64,000 nt of DNA from an uncultured Bacilli bacterium (lineage in GTDB: Bacteria > Bacillota_I > Bacilli_A > RF39 > UBA660), in assembly GCA_949451605.1 (NCBI GenBank), contig CASTSB010000002.1, positions 46,654 through 110,653 on the forward strand, in the 5' to 3' direction. The notes below the pieces were generated by a model. That model had not been told where the DNA came from, ran no database searches, and was given only the letters and a program-made list of their open reading frames with translations. Positions 51,365-60,425 of this stretch are shown piece by piece. Each line of letters starts with the position of its first letter. Positions within the stretch are counted from its first letter, which is position 1. A program made the translations under genes and the position numbers.

Positions 51365-52213
51365 ATGGCTGTAGAAGTTACAATAAAGAATAAAAGTTTA
51401 TTTAAAAGAAAATTAAATATAAAAGATTTAATATTAGATGGTATACGTTATGGAATAATGGATGAAGCTTTTAGATTAGAAGAAAATAAAATTGGTGAAA
51501 ATACTGTTTTATTTGATAAGCAACATGTTTGTAGAGGATTTGAAGTATCTTTGAATAATAATGAAATCTTTCTAAGAATGCCTCTTCCAACATCTACCAA
51601 AGATATAGAATTTTTTTACAACTATATTACTAAAATTTGTAAAAAACTTAATACAAAAAAATTTATAAGAGAAAATGAAACAGTATTTATCGATCAAATA
51701 GAAGAATTTATCAACTTTGATATTGAAACTAGTAAAAATGCTTTAAAACAAATGCAAACAAAAATAGAATCAGAAGAAATGAATAATATGTACTTGTTCG
51801 GAGCAGTAAATCCAATTTGCTTAGGAAAAGAAGAAATAGAAAAGATAAACAATAGTCCAAGAAACCTTGGAGAATTACTTAATAGTATTCAAACCAAAGA
51901 TGTATATTACGCAAAGCCAAGTATCTATCAAAAAAAAGATGAATCATTTTTTGGAGTTTTTGTATTAACATCAGATGTTCCAACAGTATTACCATATATA
52001 CCTAAACTTATAATGCCTAATAAAGAAATAAAGGTAAATAATTGGTATTTATGTTTCGTTGTAAAAGATCAAATGTTAGGGCAAATAGCCTATGATGATT
52101 TTACTTCTAATTTAAAAGATGAAGATTCTTATGATAGTGAACATTTTGTAATTAATCTAAATGAAAAGATTATAAAAGATTATTTAGAAAAATATAGAAC
52201 AGAAATAGACTAA
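51365..52213 (+). CDS. hypothetical protein, last gene of SOS-box operon
   Basis: 282 aa. RBS AAAGGAGAATAATT before the ATG. No recognisable motif. Confidence 0.35.
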   Translation: MAVEVTIKNKSLFKRKLNIKDLILDGIRYGIMDEAFRLEENKIGENTVLFDKQHVCRGFEVSLNNNEIFLRMPLPTSTKDIEFFYNYITKICKKLNTKKFIRENETVFIDQIEEFINFDIETSKNALKQMQTKIESEEMNNMYLFGAVNPICLGKEEIEKINNSPRNLGELLNSIQTKDVYYAKPSIYQKKDESFFGVFVLTSDVPTVLPYIPKLIMPNKEIKVNNWYLCFVVKDQMLGQIAYDDFTSNLKDEDSYDSEHFVINLNEKIIKDYLEKYRTEID

Positions 52214-52230
52214 TAATTAGTCTATTTTTG
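52205..52230 (+). terminator. terminator at end of island operon
   Basis: ATAGACTAATaATTAGTCTAT palindrome overlapping the stop codon, followed by TTTTTG. Confidence 0.45.
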
Positions 52231-52444
52231 TATAAAAAAAGAACCCCCTGAATAGGAGCTCCATCTATTTACAGAGGATCTTCACACTACATAGTGAACC
52301 TTCCTCATTTATAATATATGTAAAAACATAAAAAATATACACAATAAAATTTTCCAAACTTTCAAATTGTAAAAATTTATGCTATTCTTAAATTAAATAG
52401 TATTTTAAAAACTAAAAGAGCAATAATAATATAAGGAGAAAATA

Positions 52445-53540
52445 ATGGAAAAAAAAGATTTAGAAAAAATAATTAATTATAATATTGAAACGATAAATAG
52501 TTTATGGAGGTCACTTTGACATAGATTCCAAAAAACAAAAAGTAAAAGATTTAGAACAAATTACTGCAAACCAAAATTTTTGGAATAATAGGTTAGAAGC
52601 CGAAAAAGTTTTAAAAGAAATTACAGAGTTAAAAAACATTATTAATCAAGTTTCTGACTTAAAAATAAAATTAATTGATAATAAAGATTTTTTAGAAATA
52701 ATTGATGAAAAAGATGTAGAATTATTTTCTCAATTAGAAAAAACAATTAATGAAGATAATAAGATAGTAGAAGACTTGAATTTGCTATTACTTTTAAGCG
52801 GACCTTATGACAAAAACGACTGTATTTTAGAAATTCATTCGGGAGCTGGTGGAACTGAAGCTTGTGATTGGGCAAATATGATATATAGAATGTATCAAAG
52901 ATGGTGTGAAAAGAAAAAATATAAAATTGAAATTCTAGATTATCAAACTGGTGAAGAAGCTGGAATTAAAAGTGTGTCATTAAAAATAAAAGGTTTAAAT
53001 GCCTATGGATATTTAAAAAATGAGAAAGGTGTACATAGATTAGTTCGATTATCTCCTTTTGATTCAAATAATAGAAGACATACTTCATTTGCATCTGTAG
53101 AAGTAACACCAGACATAGAAGTTGATAATTCTATAGAAATAGATGAAAAAGACTTAAAAATCGATGTATATAGATCTACAGGAGCTGGAGGACAAGGAGT
53201 AAATACAACAGATTCAGCAGTAAGAGTTACCCATTTGCCTACTAAAATAGTTGTTACATGTCAAAATGAAAGAAGTCAAATTCAAAATAAAGAGCAAGCA
53301 ATAAAAGTATTAAAAAGTAAATTATTAGTAAAAAAACTTGAAGAGCAAGCAAAAGAAATAAATGCTATAAAGGGTGAACAAATGAATATTGAATTTGGCT
53401 CTCAAATAAGAAGTTATGTAATGCATCCTTATTCTTTAGTAAAAGACCACAGAACTAATGAAGAAACAAGCGATGTATTCAAAGTTTTAGATGGTGAGAT
53501 AGATAAATTTATTGAAAGTAATTTAAAGAAAGGGTTATAA
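52445..53540 (+). CDS. prfB: peptide chain release factor 2 (programmed +1 frameshift)
   Basis: Upstream frame MEKKDLEKIINYNIETINSLWRSL ends at CTT TGA C. The +1 frame continues DIDSKKQKVKDLEQITANQNFWNN...LLLLSGPYDKNDCILEIHSGAGGTEACDW and includes the GGQ motif, collinear with B. subtilis RF2. The track ORF 52776..53540 is the downstream part. The start coordinate is uncertain by 1 nt because of my counting across homopolymer runs. Confidence 0.85.
52514..52520 (+). promoter_or_regulatory. prfB autoregulatory +1 frameshift site CTT TGA C with upstream SD-like GGAGG
   Basis: TGGAGGTCACTTTGAC shows the canonical RF2 recoding signal: internal Shine-Dalgarno, CUU-UGA-C slippery stop with a C after the stop. 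Confidence 0.8.
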
Positions 53541-53542
53541 AT

Positions 53543-54421
53543 ATGAATTTGATTAATAATGATAGTTTATCAATAATTAAAGAAATCCAGAAAAAATCTT
53601 ATATAAAACGATTTTTAGCATTTTTATGTGGTGTTTTCTTATTAGCATTTTCATATAATATATTTTTAGCACCTAATGATTTGGTTCCAGGTGGTATCGG
53701 TGGTTTAGCAATCATTATTAATAAAGTTTTTAATATCAATAATTCTATTACAATATTTATTTTTAATATATTTCTTTTAATAATTAGCTATTTATTATTA
53801 GGAAAAGAGAAGACTAGAGCAACAATTTTTGGTGCAATACTTTTTCCACTTTTTATAAATTTAACTCAAAATATTAATGAAATAATAAAAATCGATAATT
53901 CACAACTACTTTTATCAACTATATTTGGTGGAGTGCTATTCGGTTTTGGAGCAGGTATAATTTTTAAAGCAGGTTTCACGACTGGTGGTACAGATATAAT
54001 TAATCAACTACTTTCTAAATATTTAAAAATAAGTATCGGTAAAAGTATGCTTATAAGTGACGGCTTAATTGTGCTATCTTCAGTTTTTACATTTGGCATT
54101 ACTCACTTAATGTATTCTATTATTACATTATATATCATAAGTTTAATGTCAGATAGAGTTATTTTAGGTATTTCAGATAGTAAAGCATTTTATATAATAA
54201 CTGAAAAAGATGAAGAGGTTAAAGAATACATACTTAAATATTTAAATCATGGAGTTACAGTATTAAGAGCAAAAGGCGGCTTTAAAAAAGAAAATAGAAA
54301 TGTATTAATGTGCGTATTACCAACTAAAGACTATTTTAAATTGAAGTCAGGATTAAGTGAGATAGATAAAGATGCATTTTTTGTTGTAACTGATGCCTAT
54401 GAAGTTTTTGGAGGTGAATAA
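53543..54421 (+). CDS. YitT-family membrane protein (DUF161 + DUF2179)
   Basis: 292 aa. Five transmembrane segments plus a C-terminal soluble domain (LRAKGGFKKENRNVLMCVLPTKDY). Confidence 0.65.
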   Translation: MNLINNDSLSIIKEIQKKSYIKRFLAFLCGVFLLAFSYNIFLAPNDLVPGGIGGLAIIINKVFNINNSITIFIFNIFLLIISYLLLGKEKTRATIFGAILFPLFINLTQNINEIIKIDNSQLLLSTIFGGVLFGFGAGIIFKAGFTTGGTDIINQLLSKYLKISIGKSMLISDGLIVLSSVFTFGITHLMYSIITLYIISLMSDRVILGISDSKAFYIITEKDEEVKEYILKYLNHGVTVLRAKGGFKKENRNVLMCVLPTKDYFKLKSGLSEIDKDAFFVVTDAYEVFGGE

Positions 54422-55280
54422 AATGACAAGTATTGCTCATAAAATCTCTAAAAAAAATAAAATAAAAAAATATATAATAATAATTTTTGCTTTAACTGTT
54501 ACTGCAGCTTGTTACAATTTATTTTTAATTTCCACCAATATTGTTACAGGTGGAGTTAATGGTATAGCGATTATAGCAAAACACTTATTCAAATTTGATC
54601 AGTCTTTAAGTATTTTAATTCAGTCGCTTCTATTTTTGGTAGTATGTTTTATTTTTTTAGGTAAAGAAGTTACTTTAGCAACAACTTTTATAAGCCTTGT
54701 TTATCCTTTGTTAGTAAAAATAACAGAACCTTTAGTAGATATTATAAGCTTTAATAAGTCAGATATGCTAATAGTTATAATTTTTGCTGGAGCAGTTACT
54801 GGCTTTGCTAATGGATTATTATATAAAACTGGATATAATTCAGGTGGATTCAGTGTTCTGAGCCAAATATTTAATAAGTATTTTAAAATTTCAGTAGCAA
54901 AAATAAATTTAATTATTAATCTTATTATAGTTTTAATAGGGGCATATTATTTCGGAAGTACTAATGCTATGTATGCAATTATTTATCTATATATAAATAG
55001 TCTTGTTATAGATAAAGTTATATTAGGTATTTCTAATAATAAAGCATTTTATATAATAACTTCTAAAGAATCTAAAATATGCGAATATATTAGTAAAACA
55101 TTAGGGCATAATATTACTATCTTTGAAGCAAAAGGCGGTTTCTTTGAAAAAAAGAAAAATGTATTATTAACAGTAATTCCTTCTAGCGATTATTATAAAG
55201 TTTCTGAAGGAATAAGAATGATTGATAAAAATGCCTTTTTTGTCACAACTGATTCTTATGAAGTGAAAGAAGAAACATAA
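54393..55280 (+). CDS. YitT-family membrane protein, tandem paralog
   Basis: 295 aa. Same architecture and clear similarity to the upstream paralog (GGxxGxAII, GISxxKAFYIIT, AKGGF..K.NVL..V.P..DY). Overlaps it by 29 nt. Confidence 0.65.
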   Translation: MPMKFLEVNKMTSIAHKISKKNKIKKYIIIIFALTVTAACYNLFLISTNIVTGGVNGIAIIAKHLFKFDQSLSILIQSLLFLVVCFIFLGKEVTLATTFISLVYPLLVKITEPLVDIISFNKSDMLIVIIFAGAVTGFANGLLYKTGYNSGGFSVLSQIFNKYFKISVAKINLIINLIIVLIGAYYFGSTNAMYAIIYLYINSLVIDKVILGISNNKAFYIITSKESKICEYISKTLGHNITIFEAKGGFFEKKKNVLLTVIPSSDYYKVSEGIRMIDKNAFFVTTDSYEVKEET

Positions 55281-55381
55281 AATAAAACATATTTTGACGT
55301 TTTTTCTTTTTTTTTGCCTTAATCTGTTTATTAAGCATTGAATAATATGTTATAATTTATTAATAAGGATTGGAGGATAAA

Positions 55382-56080
55382 ATGGATTTAATCAGAATTA
55401 GAAATGTAGAAAAAAAATACAAAAACGGTGTTACTGCTATTTATGATTTAAGTCTAGCTATCGAAAAAGGTGCCTTTGTTTTTGTAATAGGTGGATCCGG
55501 AAGTGGAAAAAGTACATTAATAAAGATGCTATATCGTGAAGAAAAACCAACGCAAGGTCAAATAATTGTTGGTGGATTAGATGTAGCAAAGCTTAAAAAT
55601 AAAAAAGTATACAAATTAAGAAGAAAATTAGGAATTGTATTCCAAGATTATAGATTATTAATGAAGCAAACAGTATATGAAAACGTTGCTTTTGCTCTTG
55701 AAGTTATAGGAGCTCCGAAAGATGAAATAAGACAAAAAGTTTTAAAAGCCTTAGAAGATGTTGGATTAAAGAATAAAATACATAATTATCCAGAACAATT
55801 ATCAGGTGGTGAGCAGCAAAGAGTAGCTATTGCAAGAGCAATAGTTAATGATCCTAAGCTTTTATTATGTGATGAACCTACTGGAAACTTAGATCCAGAA
55901 AAAAGTATGGAAATAATGCAAGTTTTAGATGATATCAATAAGAATAGAGGAACTACTATTATAATGGCTACTCATGATAAAGAAATAGTTAATAGAATGA
56001 AAAAACAAGTTATTACTTTAAAAGATGGTCATTTGGTAAACTTTAAAAAGAAAGGAACGTATAACAATGAAGCTGTTTAG
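55382..56080 (+). CDS. ftsE: cell division ATP-binding protein FtsE
   Basis: Walker A GGSGSGKST, ABC signature LSGGEQQR, Walker B LLLCDEPT. Start at the ATG after RBS GGAGGATAAA; the track ORF starts 12 nt upstream. Confidence 0.85.
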   Translation: MDLIRIRNVEKKYKNGVTAIYDLSLAIEKGAFVFVIGGSGSGKSTLIKMLYREEKPTQGQIIVGGLDVAKLKNKKVYKLRRKLGIVFQDYRLLMKQTVYENVAFALEVIGAPKDEIRQKVLKALEDVGLKNKIHNYPEQLSGGEQQRVAIARAIVNDPKLLLCDEPTGNLDPEKSMEIMQVLDDINKNRGTTIIMATHDKEIVNRMKKQVITLKDGHLVNFKKKGTYNNEAV

Positions 56081-56966
56081 AATGTTAGGAAGAAGCATAA
56101 GAGATGCTTTCAAAAGTGTAATAAGAAACTTCAGTTTATCGCTTGCTTCAATTTCTTGTATTACAATTACTTTAATAATTGTCGCAGTCGCAATAATTGC
56201 TTCATTAAATGTTCAAAATTTTACAAAAGAAATAGAAAAAGATTTAACAATAGTTGTATTTTTAGATACTGATGCAACAGATAAAGATGTAGAAGATGTA
56301 ACTGAGAAAATAAAGAAAATACAAAATATTGAATCATATACTTTTAAAGATAAAGTTGAAGTAAAAGAACAAATGCAATTAGAATCTGATGTTTTTAATG
56401 CAGTTTTAGAAAATTGGGATGTAGAAGAAAGCCCACTAAAGCATACTTTTCAAATAAAAGTAAAAGAAGTTGAAAAAATAAGTGAAACTGCTACTAAATT
56501 AAAATCAATAGATAAAATATCAGTAGTTAGATACGGTGAAGGAATGGTTGACAAGCTTATTAATGCATTTTCATCTATTGAAAAAGTTACTTATGGAATT
56601 GTAATTGCTCTTATTGTAGTTACTATTTTCTTAATAATTAATACAATTAAATTAACAATAGATGCAAGAAAAAGAGCGATTGGAATAATGAGATTAGTAG
56701 GTGCCAGCAACTTTACAATAAGAACTCCATTTATTATTGAAGGAATGGTACTAGGATTATTAGGATCAATAATTCCAGTTATCTTTACAACATATGGATA
56801 CTTAGCATTTTATGAACATTTTAATGGATATTTATTTACAAAATTAATAAGATTAATTGAACCAGAACCATTTATATATACAACTTCATTAATTGTTGTT
56901 GGAATAGGTATAATGGTAGGTATGATTGGTAGTGCTAGTGCTGTTAAGAGATACTTAAAAGTATAA
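56067..56966 (+). CDS. ftsX: cell division permease-like protein FtsX
   Basis: 299 aa. One transmembrane segment, then an extracellular domain, then three transmembrane segments. Overlaps ftsE. Confidence 0.8.
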   Translation: MKLFRMLGRSIRDAFKSVIRNFSLSLASISCITITLIIVAVAIIASLNVQNFTKEIEKDLTIVVFLDTDATDKDVEDVTEKIKKIQNIESYTFKDKVEVKEQMQLESDVFNAVLENWDVEESPLKHTFQIKVKEVEKISETATKLKSIDKISVVRYGEGMVDKLINAFSSIEKVTYGIVIALIVVTIFLIINTIKLTIDARKRAIGIMRLVGASNFTIRTPFIIEGMVLGLLGSIIPVIFTTYGYLAFYEHFNGYLFTKLIRLIEPEPFIYTTSLIVVGIGIMVGMIGSASAVKRYLKV

Positions 56967-58180
56967 TGAAAAATAAATTAAAATTTACTTCATTAATTTT
57001 GATAGTAGCACTTATAGTTTCACTAATAGCACTACCAGTAGAAACACATGCTAAAACTATTAAAGAGTTTCAATTTGAAGTAGACAAATATACAAAAGAA
57101 TTGGAAGCCAAAAAAGCAAAGATTGCAACAAACGATGCTGAAATAGCTCAGATTAAAGAAAGAATCAAACAAATAGAAAATAAAATTGCTGCTGCAGAAG
57201 AAGAAATAAAAGCTTTACAAAAAGAAATTGATGATAGTAATAAAGAAATAGAAAAGAAAAATGAAGAAAGCAAAAAAATAATGGAATATTATCAAATATC
57301 CAATGGTAATAATGTTTATTTAGAATATGCTTTTGGAGCAACAACTATAACTGATATGATATATAGAATTTCTGTTGTAGAACAACTAGCTGACTATAAT
57401 GATAAGATAATGAAAGAACTTAAGGAATTAATAGCTAAAAACGAGCAGAAACAAAAAGAACTTGCAGAAAAGAAAAAAGAATTAAGAAAAATGCAAGATG
57501 ACTTAGAATCTGAAAAAGAAAGAATTAATGCTGATTCAAAGTCAATAAGAGAAACAATGCCTTCTTTAGAAGAACAAATAAAATCTGCTAAAGCTAATGT
57601 CAATTATTATAAGAGCTTAGGATGTGGACAAAACGAAGATATTCAAGCATGCCAGTATAGAATACAACAATCATCAGGTGGTGGTAGTTCTATCCCAAGT
57701 ACTAATGGATTCTATAGACCTATTGAATATGGATCAATTACTCAATGGTATTCAGGATATGGAGGACATTTGGGAGTAGATATGATAAGTAGTAATAGAT
57801 CAATTGCTATATATCCAATTGCCTCTGGACAAGTATTTAAAATCCAATATGATAATTGTAATAGTAATAATTGTCGTTATGGATGTAATGGAAGAGCAAA
57901 AGTTGTAAAAATAAGACACAATGTTGGAGGAAGATATATTTATTCTACTTATGCCCACTTAAGTAATTACGGAAATATTAGAGAAGGACAAATAGTAACT
58001 CCATTTACTGTTATAGGGTACATGGGAAATACTGGTTGTTCAACAGGTGCTCACTTACATATGGAAGTAACAACTTGTGATTGGAATAGTGGAGGAGGAT
58101 GTACTTGGGCTACTTATCAAAGAAGTACAGTAAATCCTAGCAGATATGTTAATTTACCTAGTAGATGGAACAATAGATAA
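56966..58180 (+). CDS. coiled-coil M23 peptidase (PcsB/EnvC-like, FtsEX-associated) with Cys-rich insertions
   Basis: Signal peptide. Long coiled coil (EIAQIKERIKQIENKIAAAEEEIKALQKEIDD...). C-terminal M23 (GGHLGVDM...GAHLHMEV). Unusual Cys clusters CGQNEDIQAC, CNSNNCRYGCNG, CDWNSGGGC. Confidence 0.7.
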   Translation: MKNKLKFTSLILIVALIVSLIALPVETHAKTIKEFQFEVDKYTKELEAKKAKIATNDAEIAQIKERIKQIENKIAAAEEEIKALQKEIDDSNKEIEKKNEESKKIMEYYQISNGNNVYLEYAFGATTITDMIYRISVVEQLADYNDKIMKELKELIAKNEQKQKELAEKKKELRKMQDDLESEKERINADSKSIRETMPSLEEQIKSAKANVNYYKSLGCGQNEDIQACQYRIQQSSGGGSSIPSTNGFYRPIEYGSITQWYSGYGGHLGVDMISSNRSIAIYPIASGQVFKIQYDNCNSNNCRYGCNGRAKVVKIRHNVGGRYIYSTYAHLSNYGNIREGQIVTPFTVIGYMGNTGCSTGAHLHMEVTTCDWNSGGGCTWATYQRSTVNPSRYVNLPSRWNNR

Positions 58181-58221
58181 GTGCTTTAAATTCCATATTA
58201 TGTATTAAATAGCCACAAAAT

Positions 58222-58249
58222 AAAAGATAATCTATATGATTATCTTTTT
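58222..58249. terminator. bidirectional terminator between M23 peptidase gene and tsaC
   Basis: AAAAGATAATCtatatGATTATCTTTT, an 11-bp stem. Confidence 0.6.
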
Positions 58250-58859
58250 AAATACAATTATATTCACGACTTAAAATAGAAGCTAATTTTCCATGTCTAA
58301 TTATTTTAACCTCATTATTATTAATTACTTTAATAATAGTTGAAGATTCATTTTCTATTGTGCCATCATCTTCAATATAATCTACCAAATCCTTAATCTC
58401 TTTCTCTAACAAACTAACATTTGTTATTGTTTTCTGACTTGAGATATTAGCACTTGTAGCTACTATAGGCTTATCAAGTCTTTTTATTAAATTAATTAAA
58501 GCTTCATCTTTTGGCATTCTTATTCCTATTTCATCTGTATTAGAAGTTACAATATTAGGAATATTTTTCTTTTTAAAAATAATAGTTAAAGGACCTGGCC
58601 AATATTTATTAATTATTTCTTGTTCCAAAGGAGAAATGTTTGAAACATATTTTTTCAGCATATCTTCATCAGACACTAAAATTATCATTGCCTTAGAATA
58701 ATCTCTATTTTTTATTTCATAAACTCTTCGTACACTTTCTTCATTTAAAGCATCACAAACAATCCCATAAACAGTATCAGTTGGAATAATCGCAATGCCT
58801 CCTTTTTTTACTATATCTAATAATTCATCTTTCATATTTTTATTTCCTTTTTTCCACAT
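58248..58859 (-). CDS. tsaC: L-threonylcarbamoyladenylate synthase (TsaC/YwlC/Sua5-YrdC domain)
   Basis: IIPTDTVYGIVCDALNEESVRRVYEIKNRD is the YrdC fold signature. The true start is probably the internal ATG (MKDELLD). Confidence 0.8.
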   Translation of the reverse strand: MWKKGNKNMKDELLDIVKKGGIAIIPTDTVYGIVCDALNEESVRRVYEIKNRDYSKAMIILVSDEDMLKKYVSNISPLEQEIINKYWPGPLTIIFKKKNIPNIVTSNTDEIGIRMPKDEALINLIKRLDKPIVATSANISSQKTITNVSLLEKEIKDLVDYIEDDGTIENESSTIIKVINNNEVKIIRHGKLASILSREYNCI

Positions 58860-58874
58860 TAATTGTGGATAAAT

Positions 58875-59345
58875 TTATTTAAATCTTGCAACTAAAGCAT
58901 CAGAAGATTTAGTTGTATTTGCTTCCATCATATTGTTGAGTTCAGTAGTACGTTCATTTAATATTTTAGTTCTTAAATCACATGAATAGTTTTCTGCTTC
59001 TTTTTTCATATTTTTTTGTAATAGAGTAATTTCATTCATTGTTTCTTCGTCATAGAAATCATCATTATTAAAGCCATGCTCTTTAATAATTTGCATTCTT
59101 TTTTCTTCATATTCACTATTTCTTTTTTCAAAAGGCTCTAAATTAGCATTAATTCTATCATAGTTTGATCTAAGAAATGCAAACATTTCATTGAAAACTT
59201 TATGAGATGCTTCACTATTTAAACTTATTTCATTAGTTTGATTTAAATTGAATAAGTCATTAGATAATTTATCTATTCTTTTTGCTTCTTCTTGATTATT
59301 AATATAATAATTTAATTGTTCATTTGTTAAAATGTTTTTCTCCAT
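58875..59345 (-). CDS. hypothetical protein
   Basis: 156 aa, predicted helical. No recognisable motif. Confidence 0.3.
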   Translation of the reverse strand: MEKNILTNEQLNYYINNQEEAKRIDKLSNDLFNLNQTNEISLNSEASHKVFNEMFAFLRSNYDRINANLEPFEKRNSEYEEKRMQIIKEHGFNNDDFYDEETMNEITLLQKNMKKEAENYSCDLRTKILNERTTELNNMMEANTTKSSDALVARFK

Positions 59346-59492
59346 AATAATACCTCCATACTATTAATATAAATCATTAAACACAAAATAGCTAAAAAAT
59401 ATATTAAAATTAACATGTTAAAGTGTAAATATTTATTGAATAAAATTATAAATAATGATAAAATATAACCGCCAAATAAAAGGGATGATTGA

Positions 59493-60425
59493 ATGAATAA
59501 TAAAAGCAATTTTCATAATATAATTAAAGAAATATGTACTGAAGAAGGAATAAAGTTTAGTTTATTATCAAAAGATTGGATAATAATGCTAGAAAAAGAT
59601 AAGAAAACTAAATTTATTGCAGGTTACAAATTTGATTTAAATTCTCATGGTATAGGAGAAGTTTTAGATGATAAATATGCTTTATATGAAGTATTAAAAT
59701 CTAAAAATATAAAAGTTATAGAACATAATATTCTTTTTTCCCCTTCTAATAACTTTCAATACGCCTTAAACTGTAATAAATATGAGACAGTTTACAATTT
59801 CTTTGAAATGCACAACAAATCTATAGTTTTAAAATCAAACTTAGGAGCTTGTGGTAATGACGTTTATAAAATTAATAATAAGGACGAAATAGAAAGTATA
59901 TTAAATGATCTTTTTAAAAGACATCATTCTATAAGTTATTGCCCATTTTATGATATAAAAAATGAATACAGAGTAATAATTTTGAATAATAAGATTCAGT
60001 TAATTTATAAAAAAGATAAGCCTTTAGTTATAGGAGATGGCAAGTCCACAATTAGGGAATTATTAATCACCTTTAATGAAAAATTTTTCGAGGACAAATT
60101 AAGAGACGAAGAATTCAATAAAGTTTTAAAAGAAAAAGAAATATTTGAATATAGTTGGAAATTTAATCTTTCTCAGGGAGCTAAAGCTTCTCTTTTAAGT
60201 GATTATGAATTAAAAGGCAAAATAATTAACTTAGCCGAACAGGCGTCTAATGCTATAGGACTTAATTTTGGCAGTATAGACATTATAGAAACAGAGAATA
60301 AAGAATTGTTAATAATGGAGATAAATAGTGGAATTATGATGGAAAATATAGAACACTTTATACCAAATGGAAAAAATGTTGTTAAAAGTGTTTATAAAGA
60401 TGCAGTCAAAGAACTATTCATGTAA
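59493..60425 (+). CDS. ATP-grasp domain protein (RimK/ligase-like)
   Basis: SNLGACGNDVYKI, EYRVIIL and FGSIDIIETENKELLIMEINSGI resemble the ATP-grasp phosphate-binding and catalytic loops. Confidence 0.45.
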   Translation: MNNKSNFHNIIKEICTEEGIKFSLLSKDWIIMLEKDKKTKFIAGYKFDLNSHGIGEVLDDKYALYEVLKSKNIKVIEHNILFSPSNNFQYALNCNKYETVYNFFEMHNKSIVLKSNLGACGNDVYKINNKDEIESILNDLFKRHHSISYCPFYDIKNEYRVIILNNKIQLIYKKDKPLVIGDGKSTIRELLITFNEKFFEDKLRDEEFNKVLKEKEIFEYSWKFNLSQGAKASLLSDYELKGKIINLAEQASNAIGLNFGSIDIIETENKELLIMEINSGIMMENIEHFIPNGKNVVKSVYKDAVKELFM

